Shown one piece after another: positions 33,629 to 43,877 of a DNA stretch of 64,000 nt. The stretch lies in IMG/VR virus record IMGVR_UViG_3300013105_000003, positions 1-64,000 of that record; one strand, given 5' to 3'. The notes under the pieces were generated by a model. It was given only the letters and a program-made list of their open reading frames with translations. It had not been told where the DNA came from and did no database searches. The position numbers were made by a program, and so were the translations under genes. Numbering within the stretch: position 1 is the first letter of the stretch; each line of letters starts with the position of its first letter. The DNA is from a virus. Taxonomy: Duplodnaviria > Caudoviricetes.

Positions 33629-36285
33629 TGTGGCGTAATGAAAGAATTCTAAGAACTAACTACGCTGTTAACCCCTCCTACCGAGCTACTTCTGGCACGA
33701 CTGCGGTACGGACCAACCTCTGTACCAACCCTTCAATGGGCGCAAGTATTACAGGTCACAGTATGTGGGCTGGTACTGGTGGCACAGCAACTGTTGCGTG
33801 GAGAAATGCTTCGGACACACCACGAGGCAACACTGGCTACGGGCGGATCACTTGGACTGCTGCACCATCTTCTGGTGGAGGATACGCAAGTTCTACTGCT
33901 ATTGTTCCTGGTGGAACCACATACACATGGTCGATGTACATTCGCCCGTCAGTCACGATTGGTATGTACCCATCAGTTCAGTTTTACAATAGTAGTGGTA
34001 CTCCGACAACTAGCCCACCGGCAGGTACTGTTGTTTCTTGCCCAGCAAATCAATGGACTCGTATATCATTTACAGGAACAATGGCATCTACGGATGCACA
34101 GTATCAGTTCCGTATCTACGCTAACGGTGCAGGTATAACCTCAACTACCACCATTGACTATGATGATTGTTTGGTTGAAGCAACTGACACGTTGCAGCCA
34201 TACTTCGATGGTTCGTCAAAGTTGAATTTGTCGACAGACCCACAGTTTGCCAACTCAAATAACGGCTCGCTGCTGCTAGTGTCGTTCGACCCAAATGTTT
34301 CTCACACGGGAAATTTAGGATCAAGAAGAACTGATACTACTGGTGGAGTTTCAACTATTATTAGTACTTATGGAAACGGTGCACCAGTTACTCCAATTGT
34401 TACTCCAGGAGTATCCTACACATTTTCTTCATGGGTTCTTATAAAATCTCAGTCTGTTACAAGTGGGTATTTAAGGTTAAACTGGAGAAATTCTTCTGGA
34501 AGCGTTACATCTTCGACAACTGGAACTACTATAACTATTCAGCCTGGTTCGTCATGGGTTCAACTATCAGTTACTGGGGTAGCACCTACAGATGCTGCTT
34601 CAATGTATGTTACTTCTGCTGTTGGCAGAATTAGCGGAAATAACATACCGGGTGAAGATGTTGGCTGGATCGCTGATGCTCTGCTAGAGGCTGGTGCTAC
34701 CTCTCCTGGTCCGTTCTACCAAGGGCTGACACCTGCATGGACAGGCACAGCAAATGCTTCCACGTCTGTACTCAACGGTGCCGCCGCAGTTAACGGCTCT
34801 GCTGCGTATGCTTACTCACCATATGGTTGGACGGGGTGGGCTACTGGCAATGGGAGTTACTGTGTCTTAAACCCTAAAATGAATGCATCAGCCTCACTTT
34901 CAATATTTAGTGTAGGTGCTGCGTCTCTAAACCCACAAGCAAATGCTGGAGAGTATTGGTCCGGTCAGTTTGAAGCCCGAGTAGTGCCTGGGACTACTAA
35001 TGATCCGGTCACGATGACAGCTATGTTGTATGGCTACAACAACTCATCTTCTACAGGTAACACAACTACTTCTGTCGGCGTTGTATTACCAACTGACGGT
35101 TCGTGGCAGTCTGTATCAGCCATTGCAGGTGTTCCAATGGGTGCTGGGACTACGAACGTCAGGTGGTTGATCTATCTACCTACGACTGCTGTAAGTGGAG
35201 CTATATTTGAAGTTCGGAAAATAGTCACCGAGAAAGTAGCTGGAGCTGGAATACCGGCAGGTCCATATTTCGACGGTAACAACGTGGGCAATACAGACAT
35301 TACGTACCGTTGGACAGGTGCTGCAGACTTGTCAACCTCCCAGCAGTATATTGCCCAAGCTGCTGGACCTGTAACTGGTAATGGTACGTACTCAACAATG
35401 AATGCAGGAGAGCACTGGTTCTGTGATTACACTGACTTAACTAACTATGCTTTTGGTATTACTAAGGTTGAAAACTCTACTCCTGAGATTAGTGGAACAT
35501 TCACAAGTATTCCCCAACGAAATGGTGTAGTTGGAAGACCTAATAGAAGTTATGCAGCTGGAGAACTCTCTCTGAGCATGTGGGTAGTAGGGTGTACAGA
35601 GGGCGGCACTGTCCCAGACTACAGTACACCTATTAGACGTGCTTTGTTTGAAAGAAACCTATCAATGCTACACACTCTGCTAGGTGCTCAGAACGGCCCT
35701 GTAACGCTCATGAAGTACCGTACAGCTCCTGGTGATGGTTATACTTCACCATATGAGTCTGTGAGCACTAGAGCCTATCTAACAGGTTCTACGTCCATTG
35801 ATACTATGCTTGGTAGACAGCGTGCTGAGGTAGTATTTACATTTACACTAATTGACTCTTTCTGGACAAACATTAATCCAAACACAGCGTCAGTAACAGG
35901 CATACCAAAGCTAACAGTAAACCTAGATAAGATGGGTGACGCTCCAGTAGATGATGCCGTTATTACAATTACTGGTCCTGTTAACCTTCCTACTGTAACC
36001 TGCCCAGAGTCTGGAGTATCTTTCAGCTATAATGGTAACCTTACAACAGGTCAGACGTTGGTAGTAGATTGTAATACGTGGGATGCTAAAATTGGTTCTA
36101 CTAGTGTGGTAGCAAATATGTCACACTCAGGCCATGCACGATTTATGTATATCCCACCTCGCAGCCTTCCAACTGCTATGATGGGAGCCTTTAACTTCTA
36201 TCCAACATTGACTCTAACTGGGTCAGGTGGGACAGCAGTTACTGGTTTATCTGTTAAATATTCTACCAAATATCAGGTAGCCTAA
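33628..36285 (+). CDS. distal tail protein (Dit) with N-terminal carbohydrate-binding modules
   Basis: follows TMP; C-terminal Dit-like segment (GDAPVDDAVITITGP..P); RTNL..NPS / YFDG CBM-like repeats. Confidence 0.75.
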   Translation: MWRNERILRTNYAVNPSYRATSGTTAVRTNLCTNPSMGASITGHSMWAGTGGTATVAWRNASDTPRGNTGYGRITWTAAPSSGGGYASSTAIVPGGTTYTWSMYIRPSVTIGMYPSVQFYNSSGTPTTSPPAGTVVSCPANQWTRISFTGTMASTDAQYQFRIYANGAGITSTTTIDYDDCLVEATDTLQPYFDGSSKLNLSTDPQFANSNNGSLLLVSFDPNVSHTGNLGSRRTDTTGGVSTIISTYGNGAPVTPIVTPGVSYTFSSWVLIKSQSVTSGYLRLNWRNSSGSVTSSTTGTTITIQPGSSWVQLSVTGVAPTDAASMYVTSAVGRISGNNIPGEDVGWIADALLEAGATSPGPFYQGLTPAWTGTANASTSVLNGAAAVNGSAAYAYSPYGWTGWATGNGSYCVLNPKMNASASLSIFSVGAASLNPQANAGEYWSGQFEARVVPGTTNDPVTMTAMLYGYNNSSSTGNTTTSVGVVLPTDGSWQSVSAIAGVPMGAGTTNVRWLIYLPTTAVSGAIFEVRKIVTEKVAGAGIPAGPYFDGNNVGNTDITYRWTGAADLSTSQQYIAQAAGPVTGNGTYSTMNAGEHWFCDYTDLTNYAFGITKVENSTPEISGTFTSIPQRNGVVGRPNRSYAAGELSLSMWVVGCTEGGTVPDYSTPIRRALFERNLSMLHTLLGAQNGPVTLMKYRTAPGDGYTSPYESVSTRAYLTGSTSIDTMLGRQRAEVVFTFTLIDSFWTNINPNTASVTGIPKLTVNLDKMGDAPVDDAVITITGPVNLPTVTCPESGVSFSYNGNLTTGQTLVVDCNTWDAKIGSTSVVANMSHSGHARFMYIPPRSLPTAMMGAFNFYPTLTLTGSGGTAVTGLSVKYSTKYQVA

Positions 36286-36287
36286 CA

Positions 36288-36295
36288 ACGATAAT
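36288..36295 (+). promoter_or_regulatory. phage late-promoter motif ACGATAAT
   Basis: upstream of tail-tip gene. Confidence 0.75.
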
Positions 36296-36341
36296 ATTAA
36301 CGACCACTACATCGGCTTGACCGGGAAGGTTTGTTTTACCT

Positions 36342-39300
36342 ATGAAGTACCTAGAGTTTTCACTTGTCGCATCCGGCAGAATCTTATTCAATGCTTTCTC
36401 TAAGCAATTTGACATTCAGGATGACTTCTCCCCCTCAACTTTGTCATTTAGTCTAGACCGTACTGATGCTGCTAACACAGACTTCTCAGGTGCTTTTGTA
36501 AAGGTAAAGGTTGACGGAGTTCAACTAAAGTCATATTACATTATTAATGGAAACTCAGTAGACTATGTAACCAGTGATGGTATACCTGCCAGGGCGTACT
36601 CAGCTTCTTCTATTCATAGTGAATTTGAAGACTCCCCAGTAGTCCCTTCCGCTTGGCCTAATCCAGTTCCATCAGGCCACGACTTCCAGAATGCCACTCC
36701 TGGAACTATTATCAAAACTCTAGTGACCAGAGTGCAGCAACTTGGATACCTTCAGAATATTGATACTTCGACTTTCACCGGAACACATGACTCTAATGGT
36801 GTGACGTGGCCTTCTATGATGGATAGAAGTTACACTACAGGTGATACAATTCTATCTGTTATCCAAGGTCTCTACACTGATGGTATGTGTGACCCCGAAA
36901 TGGATGGTTATTCTCTTAACGTATACGTTGCAGGTGGTCTAGATAAGACACTAACTCCAGATAAGGTTGTCTTTAGAGTAGGACAGAACCTTACTGAAGG
37001 CTCTACTACCACAGATGCTTCTGATTTCTACACTGATATCTTTGCTATTGGTGACGGTAGTGCAGCAGTTATGAAAACTCGACCAGCTTCTTACAACGTT
37101 CTTGGTCGTAGAAGAATGAGGTTTGCTCAGTACGCTGGTATTACTGACGTTAACCTTCTTGGTGTTCTTGCTGACCTAGAACTAGATCAGTATAATCACA
37201 TTAAGACAGAGCGTTCTTGTTCTGTCTCCCCAGACTTCTACACACCTTTTGTTGACTATAACATTCACAACTTAGTACCTTTTGATAAGGGTGACGGTTC
37301 TCTAGAGAATATTAGAATCAAGCAAATTTCTGTCACTCAGAGTGACGAGGATGGGTCTTTCTCAGTTGGTATTACTCTAGGTGATATCCTTGAAGATGCT
37401 GACCAGAAACTGAAGCGCAGACTAGACGCTATCACAGGTGCAAATGCTGGTGGTGGAGCAGTACCTAGTGATAAAACTGATGACAAGATGCCACCTGCAC
37501 CTCCTGTCTCTATTAGTTTTACAACTACACCATACCTTGACGACCAGACACGTAGAAAAGTTCTGGCTATAATTAACTGGCCCCCAGTTACAACTAATGC
37601 TGATGGTACCCCAGCAGCAGACATTGACCACTATGAAATTCAGTCGAAGGTAGGAAATGCTGCAGATTTTGGTCCCGTATCCACTGTCCCTACTGCACAA
37701 GCTGTAGTGTCTGGATATGACCCTAGTACAAAGCTACAGGTTAAAGTTAGAACTATAGACACTTCAGGACTAGCTTCAACTTGGACTACCTCTAGTGTCT
37801 ACACCATGATTGACAACACACCTTCTACCCTAAAAACTCCATCTACTCCAACAGTTACCGCCAAGTACCAAAACCTAACTATTACTTGGGATGGTAAGGA
37901 TAATCTAGGAAATTTCCCAACTTTAGATTGTGTTGCTATAGAGGTCCACTTAGCTACAAGTTCGGCTACCTTCACTCCTACCTCCGCTACCAGAATTGGT
38001 GTAATTTCCTATATCACTTCTGGTGTAGGTGGATTTACTACGGTAACTAATTTACTTCCTACCACGACTTACTATGTCCGTTTTATAGCTCTTGGTAAGA
38101 ATGGAACTGTCTCACCAGCATCTACCTCAGGAAGTGCTACTACTGAAGCACTCATCGTTGACCCAGCGGTTATTACTCAGATCAACACTGACGTAACCAA
38201 TACCAAAAATACTGTTGCTCAGAACGTCACTGACCTGAATCAAGCCAAGACTGACCTGTACAGTCCTGGTGGGACAGTTGACCTGGTGAAGACCACGCTT
38301 ACGGGTCAGATCACGTCGGGTGACACAGCTACTCTGAATGCTGCTAAGTCAGATGCTCAGGCCAAGGCAGACGCAGCGAAGCTGGCAGCAACTACCGCAG
38401 CTGCTGCCGACGCACAGACGAAAGCCAACGCGGCTCAACAAGCTGCTGTGACTGCGGCCACCACCGCAGCTGCTGCGGATGCTCAGGCCAAGGCTGATGC
38501 TGCTACCGCAGCTGCTACAGCAGCCGCCGCAGCTGATGCGAAGACTAAAGCTGACGCTGCCCAATCTGCTGCTACAGCAGCCGCTAAGACGTATGCAGAC
38601 GCTCAGGTATCCGGTGCAAGCACCACGACACTCGCTACCGCTGCTGCTGATGCTCAGGCCAAGGCAGACGCAGCGAAGCTGGCAGCAACCACCGCAGCTG
38701 CCCTGGATGCTCAGGCCAAAGCTGACGCTGCTAAGTCAGCTGCAACTACAACGGCTGCTGCTGATGCTACGACAAAAGCGAACAACGCTAAGCAAGCTGC
38801 TATTGATGCCGCCGCGCTCGACGCCACAGCGAAGGCCAATCAGGTTGCAGCAGAGGCTCAGTCTCGTGGCCCGGACCTAGTAACCAACGGTACTGGGTAC
38901 TTGGGAACGAACCGGAATTTCACATCTTCTCTAACATTTACAGCAGCTGATGCCCCTCCTGGTATGCCCGGTGCATTTATTCGTACTTCTGGCTCGTATG
39001 CTTCCATCTTCTCCGATGACTATATTCCAGTAGACCCTACTCGAAAGTATGTCCTGAGTGCATGGGCACGTGAGACAGCAAGCACCGGAGTTTCTAGGTT
39101 TTACTCTGGATTTACTGCGTATGATTCACAGAATACAGCTATTCAACCACTGCACTACTGGTACGAGCCAACCACCAGTACGACTATTGCAGCCTCCCTG
39201 AAACCTGGAGATACAACGGCTACCGTTGTCAGTGGTGCCGGGTGGGTAGCTAGTGCCTCCCAGTTCCTTCTAGCTTGGAACTACACAGATACTGCTGGTC

Positions 39301-42197
39301 GTGTATGGCCTATCGGTACCTACTCACGGTGGACTGGAAACATCGCATCAGTATCTGGGAACACCATTACGCTATCTACAGCTTGGACAGGTCCAACTCT
39401 TCCTGTAGGTCACCCTGTAGTTAACTCACACAACGGAGGAAACTATGTCTACTGTGTTGCGTCTAACGCAACAGTACCCACAGTCTGGACAAAGTTCACG
39501 TCCCCCGTCATCACTGGAACCACAGATGGCAGCAAGGGTTATGCAACTGTAAACTTTCCTCCAGGTACAGCAAAGATCAAGTTCCTATTCTTGTCTCAGT
39601 ACACAGGATCAGCTGCTGACTGTCGTCAGGCATATAGCGGAATTTCCATGTCGGAGGCAGGTGCTGCACAAGCTACTGCCGATGCTGCACAGACAACTGC
39701 GTCCGGTAAGAACACTATTTCTTGGTACACCACCGCTGCACCTGCACTGGCACCAGGCACTCAGTCTGGTGATATCTGGAACCAGTACGTCATCCGCACA
39801 GCTGCCTACATAGCAGCACAGCACCCTGAGTGGACCGCTGCACAGAAGGCCGCAGCTGCCGACAACCGTATGGCTATTCTGGCCTCTTGGCAGTCAGATG
39901 GGACTAACTGGAAATCCTCTGCACTGTCCGAGACGTATCTTCCACAGGTCAACATCGGAGTAGGTACTTACGGTGAGCTGGACGGTATCCGGCTTAAGGC
40001 AACCTCTGTCCAAGCTGACGTTGTGGTGGTGAAGGGTTCTGTTGACGATACTGTCATTAAAGATGGTGCAGTTACCACAGATAAGATATTTGCAGGTGCA
40101 GTTACTGCTGGTAAAGTAAGTGCCAATGCTATCACTGCTGACAAGATTGATGCTACTTCTTTAATTGCTAGTAATGTTAGTGCACAGAACATAGCCGCAA
40201 ACCTAGGCACGTTCATGCAGATTAAGGCCAATAATATCTTGGCTGGTAATATTAATGTGGCATTGACATTTACTGCTGGTGGTAAGGGTATCTTCGGTGA
40301 TCCAAACGGAGTTAACACCACTATTGACGGTACTGACGGGTCGGTTCGGACCAACAAACTTGACCCAGATGGAAATATTTACCCTTCTACCATGCTGGGT
40401 GGGGCTGGTAAGGACTTGCTGCAAATTGGTAATGATACTAACCCATCAGCAGCAGCGATTACATCTAACGGTGACATTACTGCAAACACTGTCGCTTCTG
40501 TAGGAGATATGAGTGTTGGTGGTATGCCCCTGATTGGTTCTAGAGTTTCTCCTGGAACGGTCATCAGGACCAACTACTTCCCCACATCACAAGATTTTGA
40601 AAACGGGATGGTGGCTCCCACCTACACCGGGAGTTGCACGGCAGCTATATCAACCGCGTTCGTGCACTCTGGCACGAGTTCTTGCGCTATCACTGCAACA
40701 GCCACCGCAACGGGCGCTCAAGCTTTCTGGACTGGTACAACCGGTACTACAATGGGCGTAAGCACGGGAGACACCGTGACGCTCTCCGCGTGGATGTACA
40801 TTCCCTCAACAGTCACCCAGAACGCCAACAACGCCATAAAGCTGACGGGTGGTGCGTTCGCTGCTACAGCGGGCGTCAACCCTAACTGGACTCTGCGAAA
40901 CCAGTGGCAGCGGGTATCTGTCACTGCTACTGTCACCACTGTCACTGGTAACATCTACCCGACTCTATGTGCGCCTGCAACTAATGGGCAAGTTATCTAC
41001 TTTGACGACGTGCAGCTAGAGGTCGGTAGCGTTGCTACTGACGCTTTCAGTGTGAATAGCCAGTCGCTCGGATACAGCTACATGTTCCTTCCCAGTACGT
41101 GGATAGCTTTGGAATATACTCCAGCGGCTCCCCTTGGGTACAGCGACACGTTGTCTTGGGGTTGTGTAGCAAGAGCACCTTTCGCTTCCATAGTCCAAGG
41201 CAAAACCATCACAGCCGGTGGAAGCATCTCCCCCATCGGGCAGTTCTCAGTGGCTCTGGACCCGTGGCGCAGCTACCAGCTGGTGATGCACTGGCGTGGC
41301 TACACAGGCACTACAGGGTCGTACAGCAACGTCACGACCCGGTTCTACATGACCAACGCGACAGACCCCAACGGTGAGGCACCCGACCCCACAACGGCAG
41401 GAGTCGCTCTAGGTCAGCAATCAGAAAACTTTGTTGGTAATACTGCCACTGGACTTGATGATCAGCTGACCATCAACTTCACAACTGACGATCCTTCTGG
41501 TGTTGGTGCGAAGGTGCAGTACAAATTCTTGCTTGGAATTTTTGCAAACGGTAACACCTTCACACCGGACACTGTAAACGTTCCTACCCAAGATAACTGG
41601 GTAGTTACTATCTTCGATACTGGTAGGGTTCCGTGGCCCTCCCCAGTCACTGTTCCTGGTGCTGGTACTAAGCGTACTTACATATCTACCTGGAATGCTG
41701 ATAACTCTAGGTCGTGGGGCGCTAACGGAAGTGTATACACAATTAGTGGTAGTACTACTGGTTACATTAGACAGGGTGTTACTAATGGTGTGCAGTACTA
41801 TGGTGCAGTCTCATTTGGTGGGAAGGCAGTCAGTGGAGAAACCACTAAGACAATTGCACAGGCTGTTCCTAGTGGTGCACTCATTCAGAAGGCCGAAGTG
41901 TTTATGCACATCAACTGGTCCGCAGATGACACTGGGCAGATCAAGATGCGCCCACTTGGTGCCAATGCTGTTCCTTCTACTATGGCAACTCCGACTGGTG
42001 CTAGTCCTGTCATTTACAACTTCAACTCACATAGTGCCGGTGCATGGATTCAAGTTCCCACGTCTTGGTTCACTACGACCAACAACGGTGTCATTATCGC
42101 TACCCCAGACTGGCTCTTCAACAACAGTCAGTTTGCTGGAGCTGCGCACCCAACAGCTTCTTGGCGACCACAGGTTAGACTCACATACACCCGATAA
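36342..42197 (+). CDS. tail tip/Tal-central fibre protein (FN3 domains, coiled coil, CBM-like modules)
   Basis: 1951 aa after Dit; FN3-like segments, Ala-rich repeats, AVTADKI repeats, C-terminal RPQVRLTY. Confidence 0.82.
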   Translation: MKYLEFSLVASGRILFNAFSKQFDIQDDFSPSTLSFSLDRTDAANTDFSGAFVKVKVDGVQLKSYYIINGNSVDYVTSDGIPARAYSASSIHSEFEDSPVVPSAWPNPVPSGHDFQNATPGTIIKTLVTRVQQLGYLQNIDTSTFTGTHDSNGVTWPSMMDRSYTTGDTILSVIQGLYTDGMCDPEMDGYSLNVYVAGGLDKTLTPDKVVFRVGQNLTEGSTTTDASDFYTDIFAIGDGSAAVMKTRPASYNVLGRRRMRFAQYAGITDVNLLGVLADLELDQYNHIKTERSCSVSPDFYTPFVDYNIHNLVPFDKGDGSLENIRIKQISVTQSDEDGSFSVGITLGDILEDADQKLKRRLDAITGANAGGGAVPSDKTDDKMPPAPPVSISFTTTPYLDDQTRRKVLAIINWPPVTTNADGTPAADIDHYEIQSKVGNAADFGPVSTVPTAQAVVSGYDPSTKLQVKVRTIDTSGLASTWTTSSVYTMIDNTPSTLKTPSTPTVTAKYQNLTITWDGKDNLGNFPTLDCVAIEVHLATSSATFTPTSATRIGVISYITSGVGGFTTVTNLLPTTTYYVRFIALGKNGTVSPASTSGSATTEALIVDPAVITQINTDVTNTKNTVAQNVTDLNQAKTDLYSPGGTVDLVKTTLTGQITSGDTATLNAAKSDAQAKADAAKLAATTAAAADAQTKANAAQQAAVTAATTAAAADAQAKADAATAAATAAAAADAKTKADAAQSAATAAAKTYADAQVSGASTTTLATAAADAQAKADAAKLAATTAAALDAQAKADAAKSAATTTAAADATTKANNAKQAAIDAAALDATAKANQVAAEAQSRGPDLVTNGTGYLGTNRNFTSSLTFTAADAPPGMPGAFIRTSGSYASIFSDDYIPVDPTRKYVLSAWARETASTGVSRFYSGFTAYDSQNTAIQPLHYWYEPTTSTTIAASLKPGDTTATVVSGAGWVASASQFLLAWNYTDTAGRVWPIGTYSRWTGNIASVSGNTITLSTAWTGPTLPVGHPVVNSHNGGNYVYCVASNATVPTVWTKFTSPVITGTTDGSKGYATVNFPPGTAKIKFLFLSQYTGSAADCRQAYSGISMSEAGAAQATADAAQTTASGKNTISWYTTAAPALAPGTQSGDIWNQYVIRTAAYIAAQHPEWTAAQKAAAADNRMAILASWQSDGTNWKSSALSETYLPQVNIGVGTYGELDGIRLKATSVQADVVVVKGSVDDTVIKDGAVTTDKIFAGAVTAGKVSANAITADKIDATSLIASNVSAQNIAANLGTFMQIKANNILAGNINVALTFTAGGKGIFGDPNGVNTTIDGTDGSVRTNKLDPDGNIYPSTMLGGAGKDLLQIGNDTNPSAAAITSNGDITANTVASVGDMSVGGMPLIGSRVSPGTVIRTNYFPTSQDFENGMVAPTYTGSCTAAISTAFVHSGTSSCAITATATATGAQAFWTGTTGTTMGVSTGDTVTLSAWMYIPSTVTQNANNAIKLTGGAFAATAGVNPNWTLRNQWQRVSVTATVTTVTGNIYPTLCAPATNGQVIYFDDVQLEVGSVATDAFSVNSQSLGYSYMFLPSTWIALEYTPAAPLGYSDTLSWGCVARAPFASIVQGKTITAGGSISPIGQFSVALDPWRSYQLVMHWRGYTGTTGSYSNVTTRFYMTNATDPNGEAPDPTTAGVALGQQSENFVGNTATGLDDQLTINFTTDDPSGVGAKVQYKFLLGIFANGNTFTPDTVNVPTQDNWVVTIFDTGRVPWPSPVTVPGAGTKRTYISTWNADNSRSWGANGSVYTISGSTTGYIRQGVTNGVQYYGAVSFGGKAVSGETTKTIAQAVPSGALIQKAEVFMHINWSADDTGQIKMRPLGANAVPSTMATPTGASPVIYNFNSHSAGAWIQVPTSWFTTTNNGVIIATPDWLFNNSQFAGAAHPTASWRPQVRLTYTR
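38340..38870 (+). repeat. about eight DAxxKAxxA Ala-rich repeats (~19-aa period) in tail-tip protein
   Basis: 41-nt identical duplication at 38352 and 38649. Confidence 0.8.
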
Positions 42198-42215
42198 CAG
42201 AGAGGTAAATCTAGA

Positions 42216-42428
42216 ATGGCTGCAGACCTACCCGCAGACCCTACGAAGTTCACCAACGATGAGATGTCTGCGATGAGAGACGCAATGTCTCAAGAGACAG
42301 ACAGACGTGCTCAGCTGGCTTCCGCACCACAGACTGCCGTAACTGCGTGCTGGCAATATCAAGCTGCTGGTGGAGACCCCAACGACATACTCGAAGCTGT
42401 GCAGGATTGGATTAGTAAACGAGCATAA
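42216..42428 (+). CDS. small hypothetical protein (possible fibre chaperone)
   Basis: GAGG SD, 70 aa, directly after tail-tip gene. Confidence 0.65.
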   Translation: MAADLPADPTKFTNDEMSAMRDAMSQETDRRAQLASAPQTAVTACWQYQAAGGDPNDILEAVQDWISKRA

Positions 42429-42465
42429 CGGTCTACAAACCTTAAAGTAATAGTAAAGAGTAAAA

Positions 42466-42530
42466 CACGACACTCCCAAAACAACGATAATATATGAGTA
42501 AATCATTTGTCTTTTGGGAGTGTTGTCGTG
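42466..42530 (+). promoter_or_regulatory. RBS-occluding hairpin with ACGATAAT (42484-42491) in its loop
   Basis: ACACTCCCAAAA/TTTTGGGAGTGT 12-bp stem covers the GGGAG SD; extension covers GTG 42528. Confidence 0.7.
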
Positions 42531-43121
42531 GCTAATTTGAGAAAACTTTGGGGTCGTGTCAGTCCTCACAAGCGTCTAATGAAGCTATTCGACTGGTTAG
42601 GCCCAAGAGGCACTTTACTACTTCTTTGCGGATTTATCTGGATTCAGACTGGTGTTGGTACATTACAAGGATACAGCGGTGCTCCAGATGATGCACCTCA
42701 CCTTCTAATACCAGCAACTATCAGGGGGTCTTTGTGGATCATATCTGGTATAGTAGCAATTGTTCTATGCCCTACTCGTAGTATTAAATATCACAGAGTA
42801 GCTATCACTGTCCTACCATTAATGCCACTTGTGAGATTAATCTCATACTTATTTTCTTGGATGTGTTCATGGAGTTTATTCAACTTTGCATTTCCTTCAT
42901 TTCCATTGGACGGGTCAGCTAGGGCTGAGTATCAGAGTACCTTCTGGCAAGCTGACTTACTTCTTGTAGTTGCTCTTATGCTTGCACCAGCTACATGGAA
43001 AATGATTAGTAACTACCTATCACAAGAGCAGTTGGGGGATTACGACAGGACTGTTAAAGTAGTGTCAGAGGAGAGTGAAGAAGCCTCTTCAGGGGATGAG
43101 AGAAGTGGTGAGGTCCGTTGA
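42528..43121 (+). CDS. multi-pass membrane protein (possible lysis accessory/holin)
   Basis: about four hydrophobic segments; GGGAG before GTG 42528. Confidence 0.7.
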   Translation: MANLRKLWGRVSPHKRLMKLFDWLGPRGTLLLLCGFIWIQTGVGTLQGYSGAPDDAPHLLIPATIRGSLWIISGIVAIVLCPTRSIKYHRVAITVLPLMPLVRLISYLFSWMCSWSLFNFAFPSFPLDGSARAEYQSTFWQADLLLVVALMLAPATWKMISNYLSQEQLGDYDRTVKVVSEESEEASSGDERSGEVR

Positions 43122-43636
43122 TTACTTCAACTATAGTAAGTGTGGCAATACTTACTTCAACTTCCGCACCAAATGTAGAAAGCTTAGCACAAGGAGATAA
43201 CAAGTGGACTCTTCTTGGCATTGTTATTACTTCCCTAGTAGCTCCTGCAGTTATTCTTCTTATTAATAGCAGAGCACTTAGACCACCTAGCAAGCCCGAC
43301 GAGGAACCTAATATAGTTTCTACTGACAGAGGAACTTCTTTTTCTATAGAAGGAATGTCAACCAACATGGTAGAGGTACTTCTCTCCATGTGGAAGAAAC
43401 TAGATGAGATGGAAGACAATCAGGAATCTTGGTCTGCAGAACGGCAAGAGTTTATTCGTATCAATGAGGAACTTCGCAGACACAATAGAGCACTCGCTGA
43501 GGGTTTTGATGAGGTTATTGACTGGATTGATCGTGGTGCTAAGCCACCACCACCTTCTGTGGCACAGCACGTAAGGGATCTAGTACAAAGAGCTATAGAA
43601 AATGGCACCTTTGACGGGTTAAACTCAGACCATTAA
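43118..43636 (+). CDS. single-TM membrane protein with coiled coil (possible lysis accessory)
   Basis: TM WTLLGIVITSLVAPAVILLI, coiled coil, WIDRGAKPPPP. Confidence 0.7.
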   Translation: MITSTIVSVAILTSTSAPNVESLAQGDNKWTLLGIVITSLVAPAVILLINSRALRPPSKPDEEPNIVSTDRGTSFSIEGMSTNMVEVLLSMWKKLDEMEDNQESWSAERQEFIRINEELRRHNRALAEGFDEVIDWIDRGAKPPPPSVAQHVRDLVQRAIENGTFDGLNSDH

Positions 43637-43701
43637 TATGCTATACTATATAGGTAGCCACTTAACCTGAGTTTGCAGCAAGTCCTCAACTCTGGTATAC
43701 T
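43611..43701 (+). promoter_or_regulatory. tandem sigmaA-type promoters starting the replication block
   Basis: TTGACG-N17-TAATAT (43611-43639) and TTGCAG-N17-TATACT with TGG extension (43673-43701). Confidence 0.65.
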
Positions 43702-43766
43702 GAGAGAAGATAGCACTGAATCATTCACTTGACCATGAGAGTCTCGATAGAGACAGTATAGACCAG

Positions 43767-43877
43767 ATGTATAAAGAAGCACGACTAGATGCTCTTAATG
43801 ATCCTGGTTATATGCTTGATATGATTGATGCTATGCAGAGACAGAGAGCATATAAGCGAGTCGTAGAAGAGGACTAA
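43767..43877 (+). CDS. small hypothetical protein
   Basis: MYKEARLDALNDPGYMLDMIDAMQRQRAYKRVVEED*, stop overlaps helicase ATG; start may be further upstream. Confidence 0.4.
   Translation: MYKEARLDALNDPGYMLDMIDAMQRQRAYKRVVEED

Noticed and set aside
38340-38870. Repeats as a CRISPR array or DGR template/variable repeat pair
   Set aside because: In-frame degenerate coding repeats without unique spacers or adenine-specific differences; no cas or reverse transcriptase gene seen
41659-42276. 205-aa alternative-frame ORF over the end of the tail-tip gene
   Set aside because: No SD or slippery site identified, and composition is typical of an off-frame read
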